DNA from: Corynebacterium amycolatum
GTDB taxonomy: Bacteria > Actinomycetota > Actinomycetes > Mycobacteriales > Mycobacteriaceae
NCBI RefSeq assembly: GCF_049243625.1
Contig: NZ_CP046975.1
Length of the DNA stretch: 32,000 nucleotides
Reading direction: 5' to 3' (one strand)
Shown here: in pieces, positions 1-10,346 of the stretch
How positions within the stretch are numbered: position 1 is the stretch's first letter
Layout of the letters: each line of letters starts with the position of its first letter
The notes under the pieces: model-generated
What the model was told of the DNA's origin: nothing
Seen by the model: only the letters and a program-made list of their open reading frames with translations
Database searches by the model: none
Made by a program: the position numbers and the translations under genes

Positions 1-1
1 C

Positions 2-373
2 TACCCGACCTTCAAGCAGCTGCGCGATGAGATCACTAATGAGACCCTGACCAGCGGCTACCGTACCGGCTGGTCAGCGGACTACCCATCGGTTGCCAAC
101 TACATGATTCCGCAATTCGCCACCGGTGGTTCCGCGAATGACAACCACTACTCGAATCCGAAGTTCGACAAGCTCATTCAGGAAGCGTCCTCGGCAAAGA
201 GCGCAGAGGAGGCCAAGCCGATTTACGTCAAGGCTCAGTCTGTGCTGATGGAAGACCTGCCTGCAATCCCTCTGTGGTACCCGAATGCTTCGGTGGCGTG
301 GAACCCGAAGCTGCGTAATGCCGTGGTGATGTGGGATGGCATTTTGGACTACCCAATGATTGAAAAGGACTAG
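2..373 (+). CDS. ABC transporter substrate-binding protein, family 5 (peptide/nickel, OppA/DppA-like); C-terminal fragment, 5' end outside window
   Basis: Frame starting at nt 2 is open to TAG 371-373. Translation (..GYRTGWSADYPSVANYMIPQF..NPKFDKLI..DLPAIPLWYPN..) looks like the C-terminus of family-5 solute-binding proteins. Cognate permease genes follow directly. Confidence 0.8.
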   Translation, partial: YPTFKQLRDEITNETLTSGYRTGWSADYPSVANYMIPQFATGGSANDNHYSNPKFDKLIQEASSAKSAEEAKPIYVKAQSVLMEDLPAIPLWYPNASVAWNPKLRNAVVMWDGILDYPMIEKD

Positions 374-377
374 CGCC

Positions 378-1304
378 ATGGGTTGGTATATCGGAAAGAG
401 ACTCCTGCAGATGGTGCCGGTCTTCTTCGGTGCCACGCTGCTGATTTATGCGATGGTCTTCGCCATGCCCGGTGACCCCATCGCCGCATTGGCCGGCGAC
501 AAGCAGTTGCCGCCGGAGCAGGTCGCTGCGCTGCGCGCGCACTACCACCTGGATGAACCCTTCTTCGTCCAGTACTGGGAATACTTAAAGGGCCTGTTCA
601 CACTGGATATGGGCGAGACTTTCTCCGGCCGCTCAGTCGGCGAGGAAATTGCTCTGGCCTTCCCCATTACTATTCGCCTGGCACTGATGGCCGTTGCCAT
701 TGAGGCAATCTTCGGCATCGGCCTTGGCGTCATCGCAGGCATGCGCAAGGGCGGCTTCTTCGACTCCACCGTCCTGGTTCTGTCCCTGCTAGTCATTGCA
801 ACTCCGACCTTCGTGCTCGGCTTCGTTGCCCGCTACCTCTTCGGTGTGCGCTGGCACATTGTCTCCCCCACTGTCGGTAGCGATGCGTCCTTTACTTCCC
901 TGCTACTTCCGGCATTCGTGCTGGGTCTCGTCTCGGTTGCTTATGTTCTGCGACTGACGCGCTCGGAGGTTTCGTCGGCACGCCATGCTGACTTCGTGCG
1001 CACCGCCCGCGCCAAGGGCTTGCCAACCTCTGAAGTCACCCGCCGCCACATCTTGCGTAACTCGCTGATTCCCGTTGTGACCTTCATCGGCGCTGATCTC
1101 GCCGCTCTGATGGGTGGCGCAATCGTCACCGAGGGCATCTTCAACGTGCCCGGTATCGGTGGCCTGATCTTCCACGCCGTCCAGATTGGTGAAGCTCCCA
1201 CCGTGGTCAGCATCGTGACCATCCTGGTGGTTATTTACATGTTCGCCAACTTGCTCATCGACTTGCTCTACGCAGTCCTGGATCCGAGGATTCGTTATGC
1301 CTAA
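378..1304 (+). CDS. ABC transporter permease (DppB/OppB-like)
   Basis: Long ORF. ATG 378 is preferred over TTG 360, which lies inside the upstream gene. Several hydrophobic segments and an EAA-type loop (RTARAKGLPTSEVTRRHILRNSLIPV) typical of peptide ABC permeases. Confidence 0.9.
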   Translation: MGWYIGKRLLQMVPVFFGATLLIYAMVFAMPGDPIAALAGDKQLPPEQVAALRAHYHLDEPFFVQYWEYLKGLFTLDMGETFSGRSVGEEIALAFPITIRLALMAVAIEAIFGIGLGVIAGMRKGGFFDSTVLVLSLLVIATPTFVLGFVARYLFGVRWHIVSPTVGSDASFTSLLLPAFVLGLVSVAYVLRLTRSEVSSARHADFVRTARAKGLPTSEVTRRHILRNSLIPVVTFIGADLAALMGGAIVTEGIFNVPGIGGLIFHAVQIGEAPTVVSIVTILVVIYMFANLLIDLLYAVLDPRIRYA

Positions 1305-2277
1305 GCCAGATTCGACGCAGTTAGATTCGACTCAGCCAGAAAAGCAGGCCAACACCGCACAGGCCAACACCGCGCAGGCACCAAATCCGGCGACGAACCC
1401 CGACCACAAGCAGCTGCCCGACAACCCACCACTTGGTCTGTGGGGTTCAGCCTGGCAGAACCTGCGTTACCGCCCACTGTTCTGGGTTTCCGCATTCATC
1501 ATTTTGCTCTCCATCGCAGTGGCCGCGTTCCCGTCGCTGTTTACCTCGGTGGATCCGTCGGCAGCTAACCTGCGCGACTCCCTGGCACCGGCCCGCGACG
1601 GCCACCCCATGGGCTTCACGCAGCAGGGCTACGACGTCTACGCCCGCGTCATCTACGGTGCCCGCGCCTCGGTCATCGTCGGTATCGGCGTCACCCTGGC
1701 CGTGACCATCGTCGGCATCATCCTCGGCGCCATCGCTGGCTATCTGGGAGGATGGGTCGATGCGGTGCTCTCTCGCATCACGGACATGTTCTTTGCCATT
1801 CCACTGATTCTGGCCGGCATCGTGCTGATGCAACTGTTTACCGAACGCACCATCTGGTCCGTGGTCTTCGTGCTCGCTGCTTTCGGCTGGCCGCAGATGG
1901 CGCGCGTAGTGCGCTCCTCGGTGATTTCGGTGAAGAACGAGGAATACGTCACCGCTTCCAAGGCGCTCGGTCTGTCCAACACTGGCATTCTCTTCCGCCA
2001 TGTGCTGCCGAACTGCCTCGCCCCTGTCATCGTTATGGCCACGACCTCACTGGGTATTTACATCGTCGCCGAAGCCACGCTGTCCTACCTGGGCATTGGC
2101 TTGCCGACGACCACCGTTTCCTGGGGCAACGACATCTCTGTCGCACAGCAGGTGCTCCGCCAGGCCCCGTCCAACCTGTTCTGGCCAGCACTCGCCCTGG
2201 CGATTACCGTTCTCGGCTTCATCCTCATGGGTGACGCTTTGAAGGATTCTCTCGACCCGAAGGAGCGTCGTCGATGA
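1297..2277 (+). CDS. ABC transporter permease (DppC/OppC-like) with low-complexity N-terminal extension
   Basis: ATG 1297 preceded by AGGA (1287-1290); 8-nt overlap with the upstream permease. EAA loop YVTASKALGLSNTGILFRHVLPNCLAPV. Polytopic. Confidence 0.9.
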   Translation: MPKPDSTQLDSTQPEKQANTAQANTAQAPNPATNPDHKQLPDNPPLGLWGSAWQNLRYRPLFWVSAFIILLSIAVAAFPSLFTSVDPSAANLRDSLAPARDGHPMGFTQQGYDVYARVIYGARASVIVGIGVTLAVTIVGIILGAIAGYLGGWVDAVLSRITDMFFAIPLILAGIVLMQLFTERTIWSVVFVLAAFGWPQMARVVRSSVISVKNEEYVTASKALGLSNTGILFRHVLPNCLAPVIVMATTSLGIYIVAEATLSYLGIGLPTTTVSWGNDISVAQQVLRQAPSNLFWPALALAITVLGFILMGDALKDSLDPKERRR

Positions 2278-3956
2278 GCACCGACACCAATACTTCCTCA
2301 GCGCCCATTCTCACCTTGAAGAATGTCTGCATTGGCTTTCCGACGACCACAGCGTCCGGCCGCCGCAGTAAATCGTTGACCGATGTGGTGCACAACGTCG
2401 ACCTGGAGGTTTTCCCCGGTGAGACAGTCGCCATTGTCGGCGAGTCCGGCTCGGGTAAGTCCACCACTGTCCACGCCGCACTGGGGCTGTTGCCCGGTGA
2501 TGGTGAAGTCACCGGTGGCACCATCACCTTCGATGGCCGTGACATCACACACTTGACGGACCGCGAGTTTGTTAGCATCCGCGGCAACGGTATTGGCCTG
2601 GTCCCCCAGGATCCGATGACCAACCTCAATCCGGTGTGGACTATCGGTTCCCAGATTAAGGAGGCGCTGCGCGCCAATAACATCGCCACTGGCTCTGAAG
2701 CCCACAAAAAGGCGATTGAGCTGCTGGAACAGGCCGGCCTGCCGAATGCTAAAAAGCGCATCGACCAATACCCGCACGAGTTCTCCGGTGGTATGCGCCA
2801 GCGCGCACTTATCGCGATGGGCTTGGCCGCGCACCCAAAGCTACTGATTGCCGATGAGCCCACTTCCGCGCTCGACGTGACCGTGGCGAAGAAGATCCTT
2901 GACCACCTCGACAAGCTCACTAGCGAACTCGGCACGTCCGTGGTGCTTATTACTCATGACCTCGGTTTGGCTGCCGAGCGCGCTGACCGACTCGTCGTTA
3001 TGCAAGCAGGACGTGTCGTGGAGACCGGCCCTGCCCTGGAAGTCCTCACTCGCCCGCAGCATCCATACACCAAGCAGCTGATCGCGGCGGCTCCGTCGCT
3101 GGCTGCCCGCCGCGGTGATCGCGTGGTGGCGGCGCCGACGACATCGGATGCGGATCAGAAGGAGATTCTGGTCGCGAAGAACTTGGTGCGCGACTTTGCC
3201 ATCCCCGGCGACCGTCCGTGGCGCAAGGATTCCTTTCGCGCCGTCGATGACATCAGCTTTACGCTGCGCCGCGGTCGCACCATCGGAATCGTGGGCGAGT
3301 CCGGTTCGGGTAAGTCCACTGTCGCAAATATGGCGCTGGGGCTGCTCGATCCGACAGAGGGCGAAGTGCTTTTCGACGGTAACCGCGTCCAGGGCCGGAA
3401 TCGTAAAGAGGAGCTCGAGCTGCGGCGTCGCATTCAGCCGATTTTCCAGAACCCGTATGCGACGCTGGACCCGATGCGCACGGTGCATTCCTCCATCGAG
3501 GAGCCGCTGCGGATTCACAAGATTGGCACCAAGCAGGAGCGTGAGCAGCGCGTATTCGCGCTTCTCGACCGCGTCGCGCTGCCCGCGGAGATGGGTCGCC
3601 GCTTCCCCGGTGAGCTGTCGGGTGGCCAGCGTCAACGTGTTGCGATTGCGCGTGCACTGGCCCTGAACCCTGAGGTTGTGGTCTGTGACGAGGCGGTGTC
3701 AGCCCTCGACGTGGTGGTTCAGGCTCAGGTGCTCGAACTGCTTGCTGAGCTGCAGGAAGAGATGGATTTGGCCTACCTCTTTATTACGCATGACCTCGCT
3801 GTGGTGCGGCAGGTGGCTGATGAGGTCATCGTGATGGAGCACGGCAAGATGGTTGAACACCGTCCTACCGACGATCTCTTCGACCACCCGGAGAAGGAAT
3901 ACACCCAGCGGCTGCTGGACGCTATTCCGGGCGCTTCGCTGGATTTGGATCTGTAG
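2274..3956 (+). CDS. ABC transporter ATP-binding protein, fused double ATPase (DppD/DppF-type)
   Basis: Two Walker A motifs (GESGSGKST twice), two signature motifs (FSGGMRQR, LSGGQRQR), two Walker B motifs (LLIADEPTSALD, VVVCDEAVSALD). GAAGGAG RBS upstream; 4-nt overlap with the upstream gene. Confidence 0.93.
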   Translation: MSTDTNTSSAPILTLKNVCIGFPTTTASGRRSKSLTDVVHNVDLEVFPGETVAIVGESGSGKSTTVHAALGLLPGDGEVTGGTITFDGRDITHLTDREFVSIRGNGIGLVPQDPMTNLNPVWTIGSQIKEALRANNIATGSEAHKKAIELLEQAGLPNAKKRIDQYPHEFSGGMRQRALIAMGLAAHPKLLIADEPTSALDVTVAKKILDHLDKLTSELGTSVVLITHDLGLAAERADRLVVMQAGRVVETGPALEVLTRPQHPYTKQLIAAAPSLAARRGDRVVAAPTTSDADQKEILVAKNLVRDFAIPGDRPWRKDSFRAVDDISFTLRRGRTIGIVGESGSGKSTVANMALGLLDPTEGEVLFDGNRVQGRNRKEELELRRRIQPIFQNPYATLDPMRTVHSSIEEPLRIHKIGTKQEREQRVFALLDRVALPAEMGRRFPGELSGGQRQRVAIARALALNPEVVVCDEAVSALDVVVQAQVLELLAELQEEMDLAYLFITHDLAVVRQVADEVIVMEHGKMVEHRPTDDLFDHPEKEYTQRLLDAIPGASLDLDL

Positions 3957-4017
3957 CTAGGCGGTGCCGCCCCCCCCCACAGCACTTCACTCCACCCTCT
4001 GGGCTGGGGCAGATCGC

Positions 4018-4087
4018 ACTTCACGACACCTATGTCACCTCGTGCCAGCTGTGGAGGTGGCATGAGGTGACATAGGTGTCGTGAAGT
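4018..4087. terminator. Long hairpin between convergent operons (24 perfect bp, extendable to about 30 bp); putative bidirectional terminator or extragenic palindromic element
   Basis: 4018-4041 (ACTTCACGACACCTATGTCACCTC) is the exact reverse complement of 4064-4087. Six further pairs (GTGCCA/TGGCAT, one G-U) leave a 10-nt loop. No flanking U-tract on either strand. Confidence 0.5.
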
Positions 4088-4165
4088 CGCGAGGAGAGGC
4101 AGGCAGGCGAGCGGGAAGGCGGGAACGTGCAGGCGGGCAAGCAAGAACGGGCAAGCAGCCGGCTG

Positions 4166-4909
4166 CTACTCCTCGTCCAGCACCATGCGATAACCGACCC
4201 CCACCTCAGTGCGCAAGTACTTGTTGTGAGCCTGCTGAGGCTCAATCTTGTGGCGCAGCTGGGAGATGTAAACGCGCAGGTAGTTGGTCTCTTTTTCGTA
4301 CTGGTCACCCCAGACGGCCTTGAGAAGCTCCAGTTTGGTCACCAGTTCGCCACGATGCTGCACCAGGTAGACCAGGATGTCCCACTCGCGCGGGGTCAGA
4401 TGCACGAGCTCGTCCGCCACGAGAACTTGCCGTTTGGCCAGGTCAACCATTAGATGACCATCTGCGGAGGTCACCTTCGGCACCTCTTCGACCACTACTT
4501 TGCTAGCACGCCGCATGGTTGAACGCAGCCGAGCCAACAACTCCCCCATCGAGAAAGGCTTGGTGACGTAGTCATCGGCCCCTTCATTGAGGGCGTTGAC
4601 TTTCCCCGCCTCGTCGTGACGTGCGGAGACAATCAGCACTGGAATATCGCTCCACCTGCGCAAAGAACGCAGAACTTCCAGGCCACTGACATCGGGCAAG
4701 CCCAGATCCAGGAGAACGGCGTCGGGCTTCCACTCGCTGTCCGCGGCTAACGCCCGCGTGGCCGTTTGCGCGACACGTGGCTCGTAACCGCGGGCTTTTA
4801 AACTGACAAGCACAGTGCGGGCCATGGCGACATCATCCTCGACGATGAGTATCTTTCGCCCGGGTTTGTTGCCAGCCTGACCAGCGGGTTGTCCTGAACT
4901 GAGATTCAT
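4166..4909 (-). CDS. kdpE: Two-component response regulator KdpE (OmpR/PhoB family)
   Basis: Receiver domain (KILIVEDD.., LLDLGLPD) plus C-terminal winged helix (LTPREWDILVYLVQHRGELVT, YLRVYISQLRHKIE, GVGYRM). Lies 6 nt downstream of kdpD. Confidence 0.9.
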   Translation of the reverse strand: MNLSSGQPAGQAGNKPGRKILIVEDDVAMARTVLVSLKARGYEPRVAQTATRALAADSEWKPDAVLLDLGLPDVSGLEVLRSLRRWSDIPVLIVSARHDEAGKVNALNEGADDYVTKPFSMGELLARLRSTMRRASKVVVEEVPKVTSADGHLMVDLAKRQVLVADELVHLTPREWDILVYLVQHRGELVTKLELLKAVWGDQYEKETNYLRVYISQLRHKIEPQQAHNKYLRTEVGVGYRMVLDEE

Positions 4910-4915
4910 GGAATC

Positions 4916-7519
4916 CTACTTTCTCTCGCCCATTGCACGCGGCAACGTCAGCACGAAGGTAGCACCGCCGCCGGGTGTCTGTTCGGCGCGGATGGCGCCT
5001 CCCATGGCGTCGGCAAAACGCGAGGCGGCGGCAAGTCCCAGACCAAGGCCCTGAGATTGTGCCGAGTAGTCGCCAAGGCGTTGGAACGGTTGAAAAATCT
5101 CCTCCAACTTATCCTCCGGGATGCCCTTACCGTGGTCAATGATCAAAATGTCTATGCATGCGCTCGCAGCGATAGCACCCAGCGAGCCCATAACCGGCAT
5201 GTCGGCGGGACCGCGCACACCGCGCTCGCTGGGCCGCGTACGAATGGTCAGGCTCGACTCCGGTGCGTACTGACGGCCGTTGATGACGATGTTGGAAACA
5301 ATGCGCTGGATCAGCCCAGGATCGCCTTCCACCATGCAGGCGTCATGGTCAATATCGCGGTCAATGTGACCTGCGGCTTCCGGCAGCTCCGCACATACCG
5401 CGTCCACAACATCGGAGACGCTAACCGGCACACTTTCCACCCGCTTGGTGCTGGAGTCGATGCGGCTGGCATCGAGTAGGTTGCCAATGACCACCTCTAG
5501 GCGGTCAGCGGAACTCTCGATTGTCTCCATGAGGATGAGACGCGTTTCGTCGTCAAGCTCGACGTCCTCCATGTTCATGCTGGAGATCGCAGCCTTGATG
5601 CTGGCCAGCGGTGTGCGCAGGTCATGTGAAACGGCGGTCAGCACCGCGCTGCCCACGCGGTTGCCCGCCTCGAGGGCAGCGGTGGCGCGGCGCATCGCGG
5701 CGATTTCCTCCATGTCCATGAGCGCCCGGATGCGGGAACCGTGAGCCGCAATCATGGCAGTCTCAGCGGCGGTGAGTTCACGGCCACTGAGCACAAAGCG
5801 CAGGTCATCGCCGGAGCTGACCTTAGTCATCGGCAGCTCTGTCGGCCACGGTTCGGACAAGCCGTGTTCGGCGGTGGTGACAATGGTCAACCACTTCTTG
5901 CGCTCTGAGGAGTAACGCTGCACGTCCACGCGCTCCATCGAGAACGTATCCGCCAAGCTGTGGACCAGGTTGGACATGTTGTCGCCATCGTGGACGACAC
6001 CGTGTGCCAACTCGGACATTACGACTGCCTGATGCAGACTCCTGTCCGCCATCTCGCGGCGGCGCTCGGAACGCTCCACCACCGTCGCCACAGCCGCCGC
6101 AATCACACCGAAGAGCAGGATTTGAGCCAAGCTGGCCGGCTCGGTGATAGTCAGGGTGTTCACCGGAGCGGTGAAGTACCAGTTTGCCAGAATTGAGGAG
6201 ACCACCACTGCCGCCAGCGCTGGCACCAACCCTGCCGCCATAGCGGCGAAGACTATCGGCATCAGATAGGTCAGCAGCAGTACGCCCAGGAACTCCGGGC
6301 CGGTGTCCAGCTGGTAGAGCAGCAACGTCAGTAGCACTGGCCCCACCAGTGCCAGCAGCCAACCGGTGATACGTCGCTCCTTGGAAAAGCGAGAGCGCAG
6401 TTTCTTGCGCCGCTTGGCTTTCTTCTCTGAGCTTGAGGAGATGATGTGCACATCGATGGGCCCAGCCTGGTCGATGATGCGCTGCGAGGTACTTAAGCCC
6501 ACGTAGCGCCGCAGTCCTCGCTCCGAGCCAATGACCAGCTGCGATGCATTGACCGTGCGGGAGAACTCCAGCAGAATTCCCGGCACATCATCGCCCACGA
6601 TGGTGCGCCACTGCCCACCCAGCGACTCGGTGAGATCCTGCAGCTTGCGCAGCCGACGCAGATACCCGCGGTCAAGGCCGTCGTCCTCGCCGGTAATGTG
6701 CACGACAATCATCTCGCGGCCGGCCACGCGACCGGTCATACGAGCACCGCGGCGAATCATGGACTCCGCGTTCTCATCATCGCGCACGGCCACCACGACG
6801 CGCTCACGCGTGGTCCAGTGGTCGTCGATCTCCTCGTCTTCGCGGTAGGCATCGAGCACCTCCTCGACCTTGTCAGCCAGCCACAAAAGTGCCAGCTCAC
6901 GCAGGGCGCTGAGGTTGCCCGGGCGGAAGTACTTGCGCAGCGCTAGTTCCGCTTGCTCCTTGCGGTAGATTTCGCCGCGAGACAGGCGGATGCGCAGGGC
7001 GTCCGGGCTCAAGTCGATGAGCTCAATCTCGTCCGCATCGCGGAGGACACGGTCGGGTACCGTCTCCATCTGGCGCACGCCGGTGACGGCCGCAACGACG
7101 TCGTTAAGCGATTCCAAGTGCTGGATGTTCATCGTCGAGATGACGTCGATGCCTGCGTCGAGAAGCTGGTAGACATCGTGCCAGCGCTTGCGTTGCTGAA
7201 CGAACTCGTTGTCCGGCTCATCGGTAACGACGGTGTGCGCGAGCTCATCGACGAGGGCGACCTCGGGACGCATCTCGATAATCGCATCAACATCCAGCTC
7301 ACGATAGGTGTTGCCGCGGTAGGACACCTTTCGACAATCCAACACTGGCAGGCCTTCGATGAGCTTCTTCGTCCGCTCGCGACCGTGGTGTTCCACCAGA
7401 CCAATGACTACCTCGTGCCCACGGGAGTACAGATCGTGCCCCTCGCTCAACATGGCGCACGTCTTACCCACGCCCGGGGCGAACCCCAGGTAGACCTTCA
7501 GTTTTCCTCGCTTGGCCAT
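4916..7519 (-). CDS. kdpD: Sensor histidine kinase KdpD
   Basis: 867 aa. N-terminal KdpD domain with P-loop-like GFAPGVGKT, a Usp-like segment, a central cluster of TM helices, H-box SHDLRTPLASI and a C-terminal ATPase domain (GLGLGLAA). Located in the kdp locus. Confidence 0.93.
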   Translation of the reverse strand: MAKRGKLKVYLGFAPGVGKTCAMLSEGHDLYSRGHEVVIGLVEHHGRERTKKLIEGLPVLDCRKVSYRGNTYRELDVDAIIEMRPEVALVDELAHTVVTDEPDNEFVQQRKRWHDVYQLLDAGIDVISTMNIQHLESLNDVVAAVTGVRQMETVPDRVLRDADEIELIDLSPDALRIRLSRGEIYRKEQAELALRKYFRPGNLSALRELALLWLADKVEEVLDAYREDEEIDDHWTTRERVVVAVRDDENAESMIRRGARMTGRVAGREMIVVHITGEDDGLDRGYLRRLRKLQDLTESLGGQWRTIVGDDVPGILLEFSRTVNASQLVIGSERGLRRYVGLSTSQRIIDQAGPIDVHIISSSSEKKAKRRKKLRSRFSKERRITGWLLALVGPVLLTLLLYQLDTGPEFLGVLLLTYLMPIVFAAMAAGLVPALAAVVVSSILANWYFTAPVNTLTITEPASLAQILLFGVIAAAVATVVERSERRREMADRSLHQAVVMSELAHGVVHDGDNMSNLVHSLADTFSMERVDVQRYSSERKKWLTIVTTAEHGLSEPWPTELPMTKVSSGDDLRFVLSGRELTAAETAMIAAHGSRIRALMDMEEIAAMRRATAALEAGNRVGSAVLTAVSHDLRTPLASIKAAISSMNMEDVELDDETRLILMETIESSADRLEVVIGNLLDASRIDSSTKRVESVPVSVSDVVDAVCAELPEAAGHIDRDIDHDACMVEGDPGLIQRIVSNIVINGRQYAPESSLTIRTRPSERGVRGPADMPVMGSLGAIAASACIDILIIDHGKGIPEDKLEEIFQPFQRLGDYSAQSQGLGLGLAAASRFADAMGGAIRAEQTPGGGATFVLTLPRAMGERK

Positions 7520-7565
7520 TTCTTACAGACCTTTACTTGCCATACCTTGCCCAATCGCAGGATGC

Positions 7566-8156
7566 TTACTGTCCGCCTGTCAGAGCGGCGTTCAGCTTTA
7601 CGACGTTGACCAGTCGCCCACCATCCTGCGAGCCCTGTTCCGTAATTGCTTTTTCACTATTTTCCGAGATCAACCGCTCAACCTCTGCCTGTGGCAGGTT
7701 GCGCTCCTTGGCCACGCGCGGTGCTTGCAGCTGTGCGTACTTCTCGGAGATATGCGGATCCAGACCGGAACCGGAGGCGGTGACTGCCTCCACCGGTACC
7801 TGAGCCGGGTCGATGCCCTCGCGGGCAGCGACATCGGTGCGGCGCTGTTCGATTTCAGCCTGGAACTCCTTGCTATACGGCGACACGTTCGATGCCGAAG
7901 ACGACATCGCGTCGTAGCCATTATCCCCCGCAGCAGACGGGCGCGGGTAGAAAAATCCCGGCTTTGTCACTTCTTGGGCAATGAGCTCCGAGCCCTGGGC
8001 CTTGCCTGCGGAGTCATACATCATCGAGCCATCAGCGTTATCGGACCAGATTCGCCCCGCTACCCAGATTGCGGCTGGGTACAGCAGGCCGATAACCACG
8101 GTGAGCAGCAAATATGCCTTGATTGTGGTGGATACCAACCGAAAGTTCTTGTTCAT
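7566..8156 (-). CDS. kdpC: Potassium-transporting ATPase subunit KdpC
   Basis: Start at ATG 8156 (MNKNFRLVSTTIKAYLLLTVVIGLLYP..) gives a typical ~196-aa KdpC with an N-terminal TM anchor and the conserved ASGSGLDPHIS motif. The ORF stays open upstream to 8237, so that start is an alternative. Confidence 0.88.
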   Translation of the reverse strand: MNKNFRLVSTTIKAYLLLTVVIGLLYPAAIWVAGRIWSDNADGSMMYDSAGKAQGSELIAQEVTKPGFFYPRPSAAGDNGYDAMSSSASNVSPYSKEFQAEIEQRRTDVAAREGIDPAQVPVEAVTASGSGLDPHISEKYAQLQAPRVAKERNLPQAEVERLISENSEKAITEQGSQDGGRLVNVVKLNAALTGGQ

Positions 8157-8237
8157 GTCCTTCTCGATTCTTTTCACATGTTGCGAGATGCCAAGTGCTG
8201 TGCGCTGGCTGCGCCGTTTGGCGCGAGGCCAAGGCAC

Positions 8238-10346
8238 TTACATCCCGAACACTCCGGAGAGCAGGAGGTCAATAATTTTGATGCCGACAAACGGTGCGAT
8301 GATGCCACCGACACCGAAGATGAGCAGGTTGCGGCTCAGCAGTGAGGCAGCCGACCCGGCGCGGTACTTCACGCCCTTGAGAGCCAGCGGAATCAAGGCG
8401 ACAATCACGAGCGCGTTGAAGATCACCGCAGACAGGATGGCGCTTTCCGGTGAGTGCAGGTTCATGATGTTGAGCTTGTCCAGGCCAGGCAGCGCCGTGA
8501 CGAACATGGCTGGAATGATGGCGAAGTACTTCGCCACGTCATTGGCAATGGAGAAGGTGGTCAGCGCACCGCGGGTAATCAGCAACTGCTTGCCGATTCC
8601 CACCACGTCAATGAGCTTGGTCGGGTCCGAATCCAGGTCCACCATATTGGCCGCTTCCTTCGCCGCCGACGTACCAGTGTTCATTGCCACGCCCACATCT
8701 GCCTGCGCCAATGCCGGTGCATCGTTGGTGCCGTCACCGGTCATGGCGACCAGGCGTCCCTTCGACTGCTCCTTGCGGATCAACTCTAGCTTCTGCTCCG
8801 GGGTGGCCTCAGCGAGCACATCGTCGACGCCGGCCTCCTTCGCAATCGCATGCGCCGTCACCGCATTGTCGCCCGTGATCATGACGGTACGAATGCCCAT
8901 TTCACGCAGCTGATCGAAACGCTCGCGCATGCCAGGCTTAACGACGTCCTTGAGATAAATAACACCCAGCACTCGTCCGGACTCACCGCTGGTTACTTCG
9001 TCGCCGCCAAATACCTCGGCGACCACCAGCGCGGTACCGCCCGCTTCCGAAATGCGCTGGACAATGCCATCGACCTCGGGCGGCACGGTGGCACCGATGC
9101 ACTTCATCAGCTTCACAATCTCCATTGCGGCACCCTTGACTACCTTGCGTTTCTTCTCGCCGCCGGTAGCGGGGAACTCGATACCACTCATACGAGTCTG
9201 AGCGGTAAAGGGAATGAAGGTCGCATTGGCATAGACGGATTCGTCGATGCGTTCATTCGATTCGGTTTCCGCGAGCTCGACAATGGAGCGGCCCTCGGGG
9301 GTTTCGTCGGCAAGCGAAGAAAGCTGGCAGGCGTGTACCAATTCAGCGTGCGTGGTGTCGCCGACCTCGGAGAACTCCGCAGCCTGACGGTTACCGAAGG
9401 TGATGGTGCCGGTCTTGTCTAGCAGCAGCGTGGCGACGTCACCAGCGGCCTCAACCGCACGGCCCGACATGGCCAACACGTTGTGCTGAACCAGGCGGTC
9501 CATACCGGCGATACCAATAGCGGACAGCAGCGCGCCGATAGTGGTCGGGATCAGGCAGATCAGCAGTGCGACCAGTACCAATGGGTCCTGCTCAGCGCCG
9601 TTGAAGACAGCCATTGGTGCCAAGGCGATGACGACCATGAGGAAGATCAGGGTCAACACGTGCAGCAGGGAACCAAGTGCCAGCTCGTTCGGAGTCTTCT
9701 TGCGCTGTGCGCCTTCGACCAGACCAATCATGCGATCCATGAAGCTCTCACCGGGCATGGTGGTGACCTCGATGGCGATGGCGTCGGAAAGCACGCGTGT
9801 ACCACCGGTGACCGCGCAGCGATCACCGCCGGCCTCGCGGATGACCGGCGCGGACTCACCGGTAATGGCGGACTCATCGACACTGGCAGCGCCGACGATC
9901 ACGTCGCCATCGGCGGGAATCGGCTCGCCGGCGGAGACGATGACGATGTCACCCGGAACCAGGTCCGTGGCCGCGACCTTGGTGGTCTGCGCGGCTGGGT
10001 TCTCCAGTGCTGCAGCGGCGTTGGCGCTGTTGTTGAGCTTGAAGGCATCAGAGGTGGTGCGCGAAGCGCGCAGCGATTCCGCCTGTGCCTTGCCGCGGCC
10101 CTCAGCGACGGCTTCCGCCAGCGTTGCAAAAAGTACCGTCAACCACAGCCACACCGTGATGGAAATACTGAACAGCGACGGGTGCGCAATGGCCAGGACC
10201 AGCGTAAATGCGGCACCGACTTCGACCAGGAACATCACCGGGGTGGCGATGAGCTGGCGCGGGTTCATCTTGCTCAGCGCCAGCGGCAGAGCCGCTTTCA
10301 GTGCGCTGGGAGAAAATGCGGAAGATGCGTTGGAATTCTTGCTCAT
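8238..10346 (-). CDS. kdpB: Potassium-transporting ATPase subunit KdpB (P-type ATPase)
   Basis: P-type motifs TGES, DKTGTIT (phosphorylation site) and [22 protein letters not shown] overlap with kdpA. Confidence 0.97.
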   Translation of the reverse strand: MSKNSNASSAFSPSALKAALPLALSKMNPRQLIATPVMFLVEVGAAFTLVLAIAHPSLFSISITVWLWLTVLFATLAEAVAEGRGKAQAESLRASRTTSDAFKLNNSANAAAALENPAAQTTKVAATDLVPGDIVIVSAGEPIPADGDVIVGAASVDESAITGESAPVIREAGGDRCAVTGGTRVLSDAIAIEVTTMPGESFMDRMIGLVEGAQRKKTPNELALGSLLHVLTLIFLMVVIALAPMAVFNGAEQDPLVLVALLICLIPTTIGALLSAIGIAGMDRLVQHNVLAMSGRAVEAAGDVATLLLDKTGTITFGNRQAAEFSEVGDTTHAELVHACQLSSLADETPEGRSIVELAETESNERIDESVYANATFIPFTAQTRMSGIEFPATGGEKKRKVVKGAAMEIVKLMKCIGATVPPEVDGIVQRISEAGGTALVVAEVFGGDEVTSGESGRVLGVIYLKDVVKPGMRERFDQLREMGIRTVMITGDNAVTAHAIAKEAGVDDVLAEATPEQKLELIRKEQSKGRLVAMTGDGTNDAPALAQADVGVAMNTGTSAAKEAANMVDLDSDPTKLIDVVGIGKQLLITRGALTTFSIANDVAKYFAIIPAMFVTALPGLDKLNIMNLHSPESAILSAVIFNALVIVALIPLALKGVKYRAGSAASLLSRNLLIFGVGGIIAPFVGIKIIDLLLSGVFGM

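Noticed and set aside
8157-8237. N-terminal 27-aa extension of kdpC (start at 8237 abutting the kdpB stop)
   Set aside because: The extension (MPWPRAKRRSQRTALGISQHVKRIEKD) is basic and unlike KdpC N-termini. ATG 8156 yields a canonical length with the TM anchor near the N-terminus. Kept only as an alternative start.
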